DNA of 64,000 nucleotides from Clostridiales bacterium (GTDB taxonomy: Bacteria; Bacillota; Clostridia; TANB77; SIG350): assembly GCA_015056545.1 (NCBI GenBank), contig SVGE01000004.1, forward strand, positions 36,721 through 100,720, given 5' to 3'. The notes below the pieces were generated by a model. That model was not told where the DNA came from. It was given only the letters and a program-made list of their open reading frames with translations, and made no database searches. Shown here one piece after another: positions 29,369 through 39,387 of the stretch. Numbering within the stretch: the stretch's first letter is position 1; every line of letters begins with the position of its first letter. Both the position numbers and the translations under genes were made by a program.

Positions 29369-30571
29369 TTATATATCCTTTAGACTTACTTCTAAATTTT
29401 CAAATATATGTGACTTTATATTTTCACCAAAACTATATTGCTGTTTTAATTCATATTTATTTTTTTCATTTAAAACAAATATGTCTGTTATTCTCGTTAC
29501 AGGATCTACTATCCAATATTCTTTTACTCCATATTTTTCATATATCTTATATTTTCTTATTCTATCATGTGTAACATTACTAGATAATATTTCTACTACT
29601 AGTGTTGGTGCTCCATATATTCCATCAGATTTTATCTTTTCCATATCACATACTATCATTATATCTGGCTGAACCACAACTGATGTATTTTCTTTTTCTT
29701 CCCCATCCAAAAATACATCAAATGGTTCAACATATGATTTGCATTTTTTCCCCTTTAAGAATCTTTTAAACTCAAACGAGATTTCACCTAATATATCTTG
29801 ATGAATTTCTTTTGGACTTGCAAATAAAAATATTTCGCCATATATTAACTCATACCTTTTATCTCCAAATATTGCTTCTGCCTCCTCATATGTATAATTG
29901 TTTATTCTATATGCTTCTCTTGGCTCTTGTAACATAGATATATTTTTATTTTCTTTTTTTATTTCATAATCTTCATTATAATATTCTTTTAAATTTACTT
30001 GCAAATTTTCAAATATATATGATTTTATATTTTCATCAAAACTATATTGCTGTTTTAATTCATATTTATTTTTTTCATTTAAAACAAATATATCTGTTAT
30101 TCTCGTTACAGGATCTACTATCCAATATTCTTTTACTCCATATTTTTCATATATCTTATATTTTCTTATTCTATCATGTGTAACATTACTAGATAATATT
30201 TCTACTACTAGTGTTGGTACTCCATATATTCCATCAGATTTTATCTTTTCCATATCACATACTATCATTATATCTGGCTGAACCACTATTTCTCTATCTT
30301 CTTTTTCTTTTCCATCTAAAAAAACATCAAATGGTGCTATATATGATTTGCATTTTTTTTGTTCAAAAAAATTGCCAAATACTCTTGAAATCTTTCCTAA
30401 TATATCTTGATGAATTTCTTTTGGACTTGCAAATAAAAATATTTCCCCATATATTAACTCATACCTTTTATCCCCAAATATTGCTTCTGCCTCCTCATAT
30501 GTATAATTGTTTATTTTATATGCTTCTCTTGGCTCTTGTAACATAGATATATTATCTTTTTCATTTTCCAT
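29369..30571 (-). CDS. tandem double Uma2-family (DUF820, PD-(D/E)xK) endonuclease fusion
   Basis: Two ~200-aa repeats (NISMLQEPREAY...IVDPVTR) encoded by ~600-bp DNA repeats about 97% identical (29400-29990 vs 30000-30590). RBS-supported start at MENEKD. Confidence 0.7.
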   Translation of the reverse strand: MENEKDNISMLQEPREAYKINNYTYEEAEAIFGDKRYELIYGEIFLFASPKEIHQDILGKISRVFGNFFEQKKCKSYIAPFDVFLDGKEKEDREIVVQPDIMIVCDMEKIKSDGIYGVPTLVVEILSSNVTHDRIRKYKIYEKYGVKEYWIVDPVTRITDIFVLNEKNKYELKQQYSFDENIKSYIFENLQVNLKEYYNEDYEIKKENKNISMLQEPREAYRINNYTYEEAEAIFGDKRYELIYGEIFLFASPKEIHQDILGEISFEFKRFLKGKKCKSYVEPFDVFLDGEEKENTSVVVQPDIMIVCDMEKIKSDGIYGAPTLVVEILSSNVTHDRIRKYKIYEKYGVKEYWIVDPVTRITDIFVLNEKNKYELKQQYSFGENIKSHIFENLEVSLKDI

Positions 30572-30597
30572 TTTATATTTCTCCTTTCTATCTCTAT

Positions 30598-31188
30598 TTA
30601 ACAAGATATTCTAAATTTATTATTGTCAATATTTTTTAAATCTACTTCTAAACCATTAAAGATTTTTGATTTAACTATTCCATTAAATAAAATTTTACTT
30701 ATTAATTCATATTTATTTAGATTATCTAATACATATATTTTTACTAATCTTTTATTTATATCAACTATCCAATATTCCTTTACTCCATATTTTCCATATA
30801 GCTTCATCTTCTTTTTATTATAATTAGTAGCATTAACTTCTATTTCAACTATTAATACTGGTACACCATATATTCCATCTTCTTTAATATATTCTTCTTT
30901 TTGTATTACCATAATATCTGGTTTTATTATATATTTTGCTATTTCTTTATTATCACTATCTAATATTAAATCAATTTGTCCCAAAAATGGCTCATAATTC
31001 TTATTCTTAAAATATTTTCTAAAGGTTTCAAATATTTCATACAATATTCGTTGGTGAGTTAATCTTCTGTTTGATATTAAATATTTTTCTCCATTTATTA
31101 CTTTAAATCTATTATCTGATATATTTTCTATCTTATCCATTCTCATCACCTCTGGATATATTGTACAACAATTTTCTTTATTTGTCAA
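30598..31188 (-). CDS. Uma2-family (DUF820) putative endonuclease
   Basis: 196 aa, with the same family motifs (D...EVDL / VKEYWIVD) as the adjacent duplicated gene. Confidence 0.65.
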   Translation of the reverse strand: MTNKENCCTIYPEVMRMDKIENISDNRFKVINGEKYLISNRRLTHQRILYEIFETFRKYFKNKNYEPFLGQIDLILDSDNKEIAKYIIKPDIMVIQKEEYIKEDGIYGVPVLIVEIEVNATNYNKKKMKLYGKYGVKEYWIVDINKRLVKIYVLDNLNKYELISKILFNGIVKSKIFNGLEVDLKNIDNNKFRISC

Positions 31189-31196
31189 TTTGGCAT

Positions 31197-31613
31197 TTAT
31201 ATATTTTCTAATTCATATATTTTTTCAAAGGTAATATTTTTCTCTCTTAATGTACTAGTATCATAAACTATTGAAAAGCATTGATAATACTTAGCAATAG
31301 CAATATGCAAAGCATCATTATATCTGCTTTTTTCAATAATATTATTATCTACATATCTTTTTGCAATTTTTAATATAATATTATTTATTTTTAAAATTTT
31401 AACATTTTCAATTCTTTTTAGCATATCTTTATAAGATATCTCTTGTTCATACATACAATAACTTTTTAATTCCAATAGTGTTAATTCAGATATATATAAA
31501 TCCATTTTCATTTTACTAAAAGTTTCTTCAAAATATGGATTTACTAAGCAAGATATATCTAAGTACGCCCTCCTTATTCTACTAATTCCTCTTAAAACCG
31601 CTTCATTTTCCAT
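31197..31613 (-). CDS. PIN-domain protein (VapC-like nuclease fold)
   Basis: AYLDISCLV N-terminal acidic motif and DALHIAIA distal acidic motif. 138 aa. Last gene of the Tad/VirB4-like operon. Confidence 0.55.
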   Translation of the reverse strand: MENEAVLRGISRIRRAYLDISCLVNPYFEETFSKMKMDLYISELTLLELKSYCMYEQEISYKDMLKRIENVKILKINNIILKIAKRYVDNNIIEKSRYNDALHIAIAKYYQCFSIVYDTSTLREKNITFEKIYELENI

Positions 31614-31616
31614 TAT

Positions 31617-32237
31617 TTAACCTACCTTTCTACATAATTCTCTTTCCATTTCTGTTAATGTATAGTCTTTATTTTCAATTTTGTATTTTACTAACTCATT
31701 TATATTTTTTAATTCATTTACTTTTTCTATAGCTTTAACTGTTGGTAATAATTTTTGGTATTGTTTTTCAATTTGTGTATATATCTTATCCATTGATTTA
31801 ACATCACCATCTTTAAAAGCTTTTTCCCACTTATTATATTTTTCATCTATCTTTTGTAATATTTTTTCTTGTCCTTCAAACCTATTTTTAGTTTCATCAC
31901 TTATTAATTTATCTATTATTATATCTTTGCAATCAGATAACTTATCTGCTATATTTTTATCTACATCTTTCAATGTATTAATTGCATTAGTTACTGTATC
32001 TGATATACTTCCAATAAATCCTTTTTCTTCAATTATATTTTTAACATCTTGCACATCTGAAACACTTCTATTTTTATCAAAAATATTGTCAAAAACATTT
32101 TTTATTTTATTTTGCACTACATCATTTGTTAAAATATTCTTAGCTGTTATAACTATTGTTTCTGTGCTTTTCCTTAATGGTAATGCTTTTACCACATTAT
32201 CAAAAGTTTTATCAAAAACTTGTGCATTTAATTCCAT
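31617..32237 (-). CDS. hypothetical soluble, predicted helical protein
   Basis: 206 aa, K/D/E-rich, no TM. Confidence 0.45.
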   Translation of the reverse strand: MELNAQVFDKTFDNVVKALPLRKSTETIVITAKNILTNDVVQNKIKNVFDNIFDKNRSVSDVQDVKNIIEEKGFIGSISDTVTNAINTLKDVDKNIADKLSDCKDIIIDKLISDETKNRFEGQEKILQKIDEKYNKWEKAFKDGDVKSMDKIYTQIEKQYQKLLPTVKAIEKVNELKNINELVKYKIENKDYTLTEMERELCRKVG

Positions 32238-32249
32238 ACTTATTCCTCC

Positions 32250-33194
32250 TTAATTATCAACTTTTTTAACATAAATAATTAAAAATACCATAATCCATAT
32301 ACTAATAAAATTCCAATAAATAATTATTCTCCCTATAAAATCATTAACCATAATATTATAATTTTCTGTATTAGAATTTATAAAATTAAAATAAACAAAA
32401 AGTGACATCCCTATTAAAATTATTAAAACAATTCTTGCAGACATCGTTTGTTCATTCCTATTAACTTTTTCTCTATAAACTTTCATATATATGTTTTGTG
32501 TTTTATCTAATAAATCATAAAAACTTCCCCCATTTATATAACAACTTTCTAAATTTGTTATTAATTGCTTAAATCTATCAATATTTATTTTATTTTTTAG
32601 ATTATCAAAAGCTTGAGCGATATTTACTCCATTATTAACCTCAAATATAAATATTTTTATATATGTTTCTAATGGTTTTCCTGCATATTTAGCAGTATTT
32701 TTAAAAGCTAAGATTATATCATTATATGTTCTTACTTGATTTTTTAATTGGATAATATATGTTATAAGATTTTTTTCTAATTTTTCTTCATAGACATCTG
32801 CAAGAATTAATAATGCAAATATTGGAATAAAAGAAATGCAACCGCTTAATATTAATGTTGCAATTTTCAATTTAAGAATACTAATTAAAAGAATATATGA
32901 TATGAAGAATAGTATAATACATAATAATATTATTGTCTCTGGGATAAACCACCATAATAATTTATTTTCTGTAATTCCTGTTTTTATTAATAACAAATAT
33001 ATCTTATCTCTTAAATTATATTTTTCATTTATATATTTTTTATTTTTTCTATATACCATTTTTTGTATATATTTTTCATTTTCATTTAAAAGCTTTTGCT
33101 TTATTTTTTTATGTACATTTTTTTCATATAAAATATTTAAACAAAAATATATAAATATACTAATTGTAATAAACAATAAAATTTTAATTGCCAT
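32250..33194 (-). CDS. TadB/TadC-like (T2SSF-domain) inner-membrane platform protein
   Basis: N-terminal TM, cytoplasmic helical domain (...NQVRTYNDIILAFKNTAKYAGKPLETY...GVNIAQAFDNL), then two C-terminal TMs. Confidence 0.6.
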   Translation of the reverse strand: MAIKILLFITISIFIYFCLNILYEKNVHKKIKQKLLNENEKYIQKMVYRKNKKYINEKYNLRDKIYLLLIKTGITENKLLWWFIPETIILLCIILFFISYILLISILKLKIATLILSGCISFIPIFALLILADVYEEKLEKNLITYIIQLKNQVRTYNDIILAFKNTAKYAGKPLETYIKIFIFEVNNGVNIAQAFDNLKNKINIDRFKQLITNLESCYINGGSFYDLLDKTQNIYMKVYREKVNRNEQTMSARIVLIILIGMSLFVYFNFINSNTENYNIMVNDFIGRIIIYWNFISIWIMVFLIIYVKKVDN

Positions 33195-34512
33195 TTTCCT
33201 CCTCCATTATTCTTTTTATTTCTAATTCATTAATATCAAATTTATTTTTAACAATATATTTAGGATCATTTATCTTTTTAAAATATCCTTGAACTTTTCC
33301 ATCAATTATTTTATCTATAACAAATTCAAATAATTTATTATAAATTATTTCTTGCTTTTTTATATCATAATATACTTCTGTTATTTCTTTTACTTTAAAA
33401 TTTTGCATATATATTATTAATTCAATACTTGTCCCTAATATTTGCTCTAAATATTTATTTGTATATTGAATCGCCCTATTATCTCTTTTCATTAAAGTAA
33501 TTAGTCTGTTAATTGTATTTGTTGAACTATTAGAATGAACTGTTGCATATCCACTATGTCCTGTTGAAATACCATCAACAAAAGTCATTGCTTCTGCTCC
33601 TTTTAATTCACCAACAACAATTGCATCATTTGACATTAAAAGTGCTTGTTTAGATAGTTTTTCTAATGTTATATTTTTGTCCTCTGTTCTGTTTTGCACC
33701 ATTTCTCTTTGAATAATATTATCATGTTTGCAAAAAAGCTCTGCTGTTTCTTCATTAGAAGTAATAGCAACTGTTTCTGGAATTTTATTAATAATTGCTC
33801 TAAGTAAAGTAGTTTTTCCACTCGCACCTTTGCCACTAATTATTATATTAATACCAGAAATAGCACATTTTATTAAAAAAATATATATTTGGGGATTTAT
33901 CATACCACTACCAGAAAGTAGTAGAGTTTCAAGATTTTTTAAATTATTAGGTCTATGAATTCTAATAACCAAATTGGGACTAATAATATTTACAGGTTCA
34001 ATTCCCGCTTCTATTCTTAAATTATTTTGTTTATCACTAACAACTGTAACTGGAATTTCATTATTAATTTTTCCACCGTTTTTAAGAATACAATATCTAA
34101 CAAAATTTGAATATTCTTTTTCATCTTCAAATTCATCTATTGCTTTTAACCATTTACCATTTTTCTTTATATATATTTTATTAAACTCAATTGCTCGAAT
34201 ATCTGAAACTTCTTCATCTTCTATATACTTTTGCAATATATAGTAACCAAAGAAACGATCCATAACATTTTTAACAATTTTATTAATATCTATATCTCTA
34301 TTTGAATAACTATTAACAACTTTTTCTTTAACTAAATTTTCAATACTCTTTTTGTTTTTCTCACTAGAAATATTACTAAGCATTTCTGAATGTTTATCTA
34401 ATAAAAAATCTATAATATTATTTACAATCTTATCATTATTGGCCTCATATATCATTTTATCTTCTTGCACAATACTTTGGTTACTGCTGTCTTGCAAAGG
34501 ATTAATTAACAC
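33184..34512 (-). CDS. TadA/CpaF/VirB11-family secretion ATPase
   Basis: Walker A ISGKGASGKTT, Asp/Glu box IVVGELKGAEA, and His box GHSGYATVHSNS. Confidence 0.8.
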   Translation of the reverse strand: MLINPLQDSSNQSIVQEDKMIYEANNDKIVNNIIDFLLDKHSEMLSNISSEKNKKSIENLVKEKVVNSYSNRDIDINKIVKNVMDRFFGYYILQKYIEDEEVSDIRAIEFNKIYIKKNGKWLKAIDEFEDEKEYSNFVRYCILKNGGKINNEIPVTVVSDKQNNLRIEAGIEPVNIISPNLVIRIHRPNNLKNLETLLLSGSGMINPQIYIFLIKCAISGINIIISGKGASGKTTLLRAIINKIPETVAITSNEETAELFCKHDNIIQREMVQNRTEDKNITLEKLSKQALLMSNDAIVVGELKGAEAMTFVDGISTGHSGYATVHSNSSTNTINRLITLMKRDNRAIQYTNKYLEQILGTSIELIIYMQNFKVKEITEVYYDIKKQEIIYNKLFEFVIDKIIDGKVQGYFKKINDPKYIVKNKFDINELEIKRIMEEENGN

Positions 34513-35786
34513 TAAAACACCTCCTTAATAGCCCTACTTAGCTTTGAAAAAATAGGTTTCTTATCATATATACCTAATAATTCTTGATATTTTTGTTTTT
34601 CAATAATATCTGTAAAAACAATTGGAACATTATTATTAATACTTTCTATATATTTATCTTTATAATCAAAAACTTGAACAATCTCTAAATCTTTTTCAAT
34701 ATCATTTATACTTTGCCTATTTAAACTAAATCTAGTTTGTTTATTTAAAATAAATTTAATTTTATTAAATAATACATTCCATGCTTTTGTATAAATATAT
34801 AAAATGTTTTTCATATTAGATATATCTGTATAATTACCTTGAAAAATATAATAAATTAAATCTGCATTTTCCAATGCCCATTTAGTAGAATCTAAAAATA
34901 AGCTACTATTAGTATCAATAACAATATAATCATAAAGTTGCTTTGCTTTATTTAGTATTTGATTATAGTAATTATCACATAAAATACTTTGACAAACGAA
35001 CATTGAATTATTTCCTGTAATAATTGATACATTTTTTTCTTTTGGATATGTAATAACACTTTTTTCAAAAATATCATAATCTAAATTATCTTTTTGTATA
35101 CAATCAACCATATAGTTTAATACACATCTTTTATCATTATCTAAATTGCAAATAATTTCTTTATTCAATTTATTAACACCAAGAATTTTATCAATATTTG
35201 CTGTTGTTGTATCTAAATCAATAATAAGTACTTTTTTATTATATTCTTTTGCAATAGTAATAGCTAAATTACTTACAAATGTACTTTTTCCACTTCCAGA
35301 TAATCCATTTACAGTTATTATCTTTTTGTCTAAAACATTTCTAATAGTTACACTATTTAGATTCTTTGTATTATTAAGTTTTTCTTTTAAATCAATTATT
35401 TGATTATATAATTTTTTCTCATTAGGATTTTCAATTTCATTATCTATATTTTTACATAATAGTTCTAATGTTATTTCTTCTGAATTTATTATTTTAAATA
35501 TTCCTTTAGATATTAAAAAATTAATAAACTCTTTATTCTCTTTATCTAGTATAATAATAATATCTATATTTTGTTTTGTATCTATAATAGCTTCAATAAA
35601 CTCTTTTTTATCAAGTTCACCATCAAGTTCATCATATATTACTAATTTATCTATATTATTTTTAGAAATGACATCCAAAACTGCCTCTTGATAAGCAATA
35701 TCACCAAATAATATGTTATATTTTTCTAATTTTCTTAATTCATTATTAATATTTTCATTTCCAATACCAGTTATAATATTATACAT
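34512..35786 (-). CDS. TadZ/CpaE-like ATPase (N-terminal receiver-like domain plus ParA/MinD-type NTPase)
   Basis: P-loop NGLSGSGKST, A' box KKVLIIDLD, Walker B YDYIVIDTNSS, and ~110-aa N-terminal alpha/beta domain. Confidence 0.6.
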   Translation of the reverse strand: MYNIITGIGNENINNELRKLEKYNILFGDIAYQEAVLDVISKNNIDKLVIYDELDGELDKKEFIEAIIDTKQNIDIIIILDKENKEFINFLISKGIFKIINSEEITLELLCKNIDNEIENPNEKKLYNQIIDLKEKLNNTKNLNSVTIRNVLDKKIITVNGLSGSGKSTFVSNLAITIAKEYNKKVLIIDLDTTTANIDKILGVNKLNKEIICNLDNDKRCVLNYMVDCIQKDNLDYDIFEKSVITYPKEKNVSIITGNNSMFVCQSILCDNYYNQILNKAKQLYDYIVIDTNSSLFLDSTKWALENADLIYYIFQGNYTDISNMKNILYIYTKAWNVLFNKIKFILNKQTRFSLNRQSINDIEKDLEIVQVFDYKDKYIESINNNVPIVFTDIIEKQKYQELLGIYDKKPIFSKLSRAIKEVF

Positions 35787-37596
35787 AATCTATCCTTTCT
35801 AAATTATCTTTATTTTCAATTATATCTTTTTCAAATTCACTGCTAGATACATTTAATAAAATATTATTTTTATTAATAATTAGCAAGCATTCTCCTCTTA
35901 ATAAATTTAATATTCTGTCTTTTTCATTTTCTGAAATATATATTAAATTTTTAAGTTCAGATATATTTTCTTCATTTAATTTAAAAATTGCTTTTATACT
36001 AGAATTATTTATAATAGCTTTTCCATAAACATTTTGATTAATAATTAAATCAGAGATATCTTGAGTTATGGCTGTTGCTCCACCCTTATATTTTCTAATA
36101 GTTTTAAATATTTGTATAACAAAGTTAGCACATAAATCATTTTCTTTTGATGAAATTAGTCTCCATATTTCATCAATATATATAATCTTTTTTTGCAGAT
36201 TATCTTGTTTAACTATATTCCAGAAAAATTCTATTATTACAAATAAAGATAAATTCATATATTCATCTTTAACATCACTTGTATCAATAAAAATCGAATT
36301 ATTTTCTTTATCTACATTTGTATAATTGTTAAAATACTGCAAACTACCAAATATAAAAGGTTTAAGTAAATATATTAAATTAGGATATGTATTTTCTTTT
36401 AGAATAACATCATACAAATCCTGAATTCTAGGCATCTTATCATATGACTTAAATTTAGGTTTAATAATTAGTCTATTACTATTTTGTCTTTCATATAAAC
36501 TTTTATTATCAAAAGTTATTCCTTTATCTTGATATATTTGAATAATCTTTTCTTCTAAGTAATTTTTACTTTCTATATCTAAATCGGGAAAAACTATAGA
36601 AAAGAAAATATTTAAATTTTGTATTTTTTCTTGTAAATAACCAATATTTTCATTATTAATATTTGAATGTTCATATATATCAAAAATATTAATATATGTA
36701 TTAGTATTATTGCCAAGCTTAATATATGTTCCATTAAGTTTTTTGCAAATATTTTTATACTCCCCTTCTGGATCTATAACAAATTGCTTAGTATTAAGCA
36801 AACTGTTTCTAATTACTTGCAATTTAGTGAAATATGATTTTCCACTTCCACTAGCTCCAAACACACAAATATTAGAATTAATATATTTTTCGCTATCAAA
36901 CCTATCTATAATTATTAATGATTTATTTTGAATATTATATCCATAAAGAATTCCTTTCATATCTGATACACTACATGAAATAAATGGATAAAAACTTGAT
37001 ACAGTTTTAGATATCATGTTTCTTTTAGAATTATATTTAATTTCTTTTGAATTTATATTAAATGGTAAGCAAGATTTATATAAATATATATGTCTAAAAT
37101 ATGGTACTTTTCCAATTAATCCATAACTATATAATATTGACTGAATCTTATTAATACTATCTTTTAGCTTATCTAAACTATCTTCATAAATACTAATATA
37201 CATATACACATTGTATATTTTTTCATTATTTATTTGAAGCTCTTTTCTTATTTCTTTAGCATCATTATATGTTATATTTAATACTTCATAATCTTGTTTA
37301 TTACCAGAACTCATTTTCATATCTGTATTAACATTTCCAATATGATAGGTTAGTTTTTTAATAACTTCATAGCTATTAATTTTTTCTAAAAACATTGAAA
37401 ACTGAATGTTACTATCTAAATATAATAATTTTTCAAGCAAACCTATTTCAATAATTCTTGGATAATCTACAATTATCATACCTGAATAATATAGACCATC
37501 AACAAGTAAATAAGCAGGATTTCTATTATCTAATAAGCTGGGCATAATTCTATCTATAACTTCATTTTTAAAATTGAACTTATTTAATGTTTTCAT
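35779..37596 (-). CDS. VirB4/TraC-family (HerA-FtsK superfamily) ATPase, C-terminal 605-aa portion
   Basis: Walker A GASGSGKS, DPEGEY, Walker B IYIDEIWRL, and RKYKGGATAITQD (RK...TQ) motif. Confidence 0.65.
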   Translation of the reverse strand: MKTLNKFNFKNEVIDRIMPSLLDNRNPAYLLVDGLYYSGMIIVDYPRIIEIGLLEKLLYLDSNIQFSMFLEKINSYEVIKKLTYHIGNVNTDMKMSSGNKQDYEVLNITYNDAKEIRKELQINNEKIYNVYMYISIYEDSLDKLKDSINKIQSILYSYGLIGKVPYFRHIYLYKSCLPFNINSKEIKYNSKRNMISKTVSSFYPFISCSVSDMKGILYGYNIQNKSLIIIDRFDSEKYINSNICVFGASGSGKSYFTKLQVIRNSLLNTKQFVIDPEGEYKNICKKLNGTYIKLGNNTNTYINIFDIYEHSNINNENIGYLQEKIQNLNIFFSIVFPDLDIESKNYLEEKIIQIYQDKGITFDNKSLYERQNSNRLIIKPKFKSYDKMPRIQDLYDVILKENTYPNLIYLLKPFIFGSLQYFNNYTNVDKENNSIFIDTSDVKDEYMNLSLFVIIEFFWNIVKQDNLQKKIIYIDEIWRLISSKENDLCANFVIQIFKTIRKYKGGATAITQDISDLIINQNVYGKAIINNSSIKAIFKLNEENISELKNLIYISENEKDRILNLLRGECLLIINKNNILLNVSSSEFEKDIIENKDNLERIDYV

Positions 37597-38158
37597 AACT
37601 ATTTTCCCTTTCGTTTAATATTTGTGATACTTTTTTTATTAAATACTCATCATCATAATCAGAAAAATCTGTAACTATATTCCCACATTTAATTAAATTT
37701 TCTTTTATAACTAAATACATATCATTTAAAATATTTATTATTTCATTTATTGGATTATTATTAAGATTTTTAATTGAGAAAACAATATAGAATTCTTTTG
37801 AATAAATATAATTTGAATTTGTTAGATTTAAGATATATTCAATATATTTATATGAAATTTCATTTTTGTTATTAATTGAATTAATATAATTAATATGATT
37901 TTCTACATTTTCTTTTTTAGTTTTAATAAATATTTGAAAATCAAATGAACAAATTTTTAAGAATTGATTATATTGGTTTAAAATTTGCCTTTTCTCAGTT
38001 TCAGATTTTAAACTAAAATTAATTGGATATACTTGAACTATTTTTGCATATATATTATTTTTTAAAACTAGTACATTTTTTTGAATATCAATAATATCTA
38101 ATAAAGCTTTTATATTTTTTATTTTCATCACCAAATACATTTTACTATAGTTTACCAT
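37580..38158 (-). CDS. N-terminal fragment of the same VirB4-family protein (frameshift-split)
   Basis: 192-aa ORF that overlaps the next ORF by 17 nt in another frame. Together they restore a ~790-aa VirB4-like architecture with the P-loop at about residue 435. Confidence 0.5.
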   Translation of the reverse strand: MVNYSKMYLVMKIKNIKALLDIIDIQKNVLVLKNNIYAKIVQVYPINFSLKSETEKRQILNQYNQFLKICSFDFQIFIKTKKENVENHINYINSINNKNEISYKYIEYILNLTNSNYIYSKEFYIVFSIKNLNNNPINEIINILNDMYLVIKENLIKCGNIVTDFSDYDDEYLIKKVSQILNERENSYENIK

Positions 38159-38287
38159 TATTTGTCAATAAAAATCGTTCGACCAAATATGACAAACCAG
38201 CTTGAAAATAGCTTGTTTACACCATTACATGTTTTTATTTTTTTAATATTTTTATTTAATTTAACATATATTTAATTGGTGATATTT

Positions 38288-38857
38288 ATGATGAACTATA
38301 TTTGGTCTTTTATGATAATACTCTCTCTTATATATTCGATTATTTTTAATAAATTAGATATTGCTACAAATGCAATGTTTGATGGGGCTAATGATGCTGT
38401 AGATCTTACAATATTAATGTTTGGACTAATAACTTTATGGAATGGTATTATGAATATTTTATCGAATACAAGTATTATGCATTGGATATCTAAATTAATA
38501 ACCCCTATAATCTCTAAAATATTTTCTGGTTTAGATAAAAATTCTAAAGCATATAATTATATTTGTTTAAATTTCACAGCAAATTTATTAGGTCTGGGGA
38601 ATGCTTCTACACCACTTGGATTAAGTGCTGTCAAAGAATTAGAAAAGGAAATAGACGGTAAAAAACATATTTTAAAATTAATATTAATAAATACTGCTGC
38701 ACTTCAATTAATTCCATCTACTGTAATCGGACTAAGAAGCATGCTTGGAAGCGAAAATCCAAATTCAATTATATTGCATATATGGATATGTTCACTTATT
38801 TCAATTACAACAGCTTTATTTAGCTATAATTTATTATTAAGGAGAAAAAAATTATGA
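38288..38857 (+). CDS. spmA: spore maturation protein A (nucleoside-recognition domain)
   Basis: Gate/nucleoside recognition family pattern. Paired with spmB. Confidence 0.7.
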   Translation: MMNYIWSFMIILSLIYSIIFNKLDIATNAMFDGANDAVDLTILMFGLITLWNGIMNILSNTSIMHWISKLITPIISKIFSGLDKNSKAYNYICLNFTANLLGLGNASTPLGLSAVKELEKEIDGKKHILKLILINTAALQLIPSTVIGLRSMLGSENPNSIILHIWICSLISITTALFSYNLLLRRKKL

Positions 38858-39378
38858 ATATTATAAATTACATTACATCGTTAATAATTCCACTTTTTGT
38901 ATTAATCACTATATTTATTGGAATAAAAGAAAAAAAGCCAGTATTTGACCTTTTTATAGATGGTGCTAAAAGTGGTGTAGATACTGTTATAAAAATATTT
39001 CCTAATTTAATAGCTCTATTTTTAGCAATAAATATTTTTCAAGCTTCAGGATTATTAGATTTTATAACTAATTTACTAAATCCAATAACTTCACTTATTG
39101 GTATTCCACAAGAAATTTTGCCACTTGGTATACTGCGTCCTATTTCTGGAAGTGGTTCAATGGCACTTCTTCAAAAAAATTTAGAAATATTTGGTGTAGA
39201 TTCATATTTAGGGAAAGTAGCTGCAACTATTATGGGAGCTGGTGAGACTACATTTTTTACAATTGCTATATATTGTAGTGTTACTAAAATAAAAATACCT
39301 AAAAAACTTATAATTTCTGCTCTAGCAGCTGATAGCATGGTTATTCTTTCAAGCATATATATTTATAAGTTTTTCTAG
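38854..39378 (+). CDS. spmB: spore maturation protein B
   Basis: Start overlaps the spmA stop (ATGA). Same family. Confidence 0.7.
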   Translation: MNIINYITSLIIPLFVLITIFIGIKEKKPVFDLFIDGAKSGVDTVIKIFPNLIALFLAINIFQASGLLDFITNLLNPITSLIGIPQEILPLGILRPISGSGSMALLQKNLEIFGVDSYLGKVAATIMGAGETTFFTIAIYCSVTKIKIPKKLIISALAADSMVILSSIYIYKFF

Positions 39379-39387
39379 GTATATATA

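Noticed and set aside
31617-32237. Antitoxin partner for the PIN-domain gene
   Set aside because: The 206-aa upstream protein is too large and lacks an obvious DNA-binding fold. A toxin-antitoxin interpretation is unsupported.
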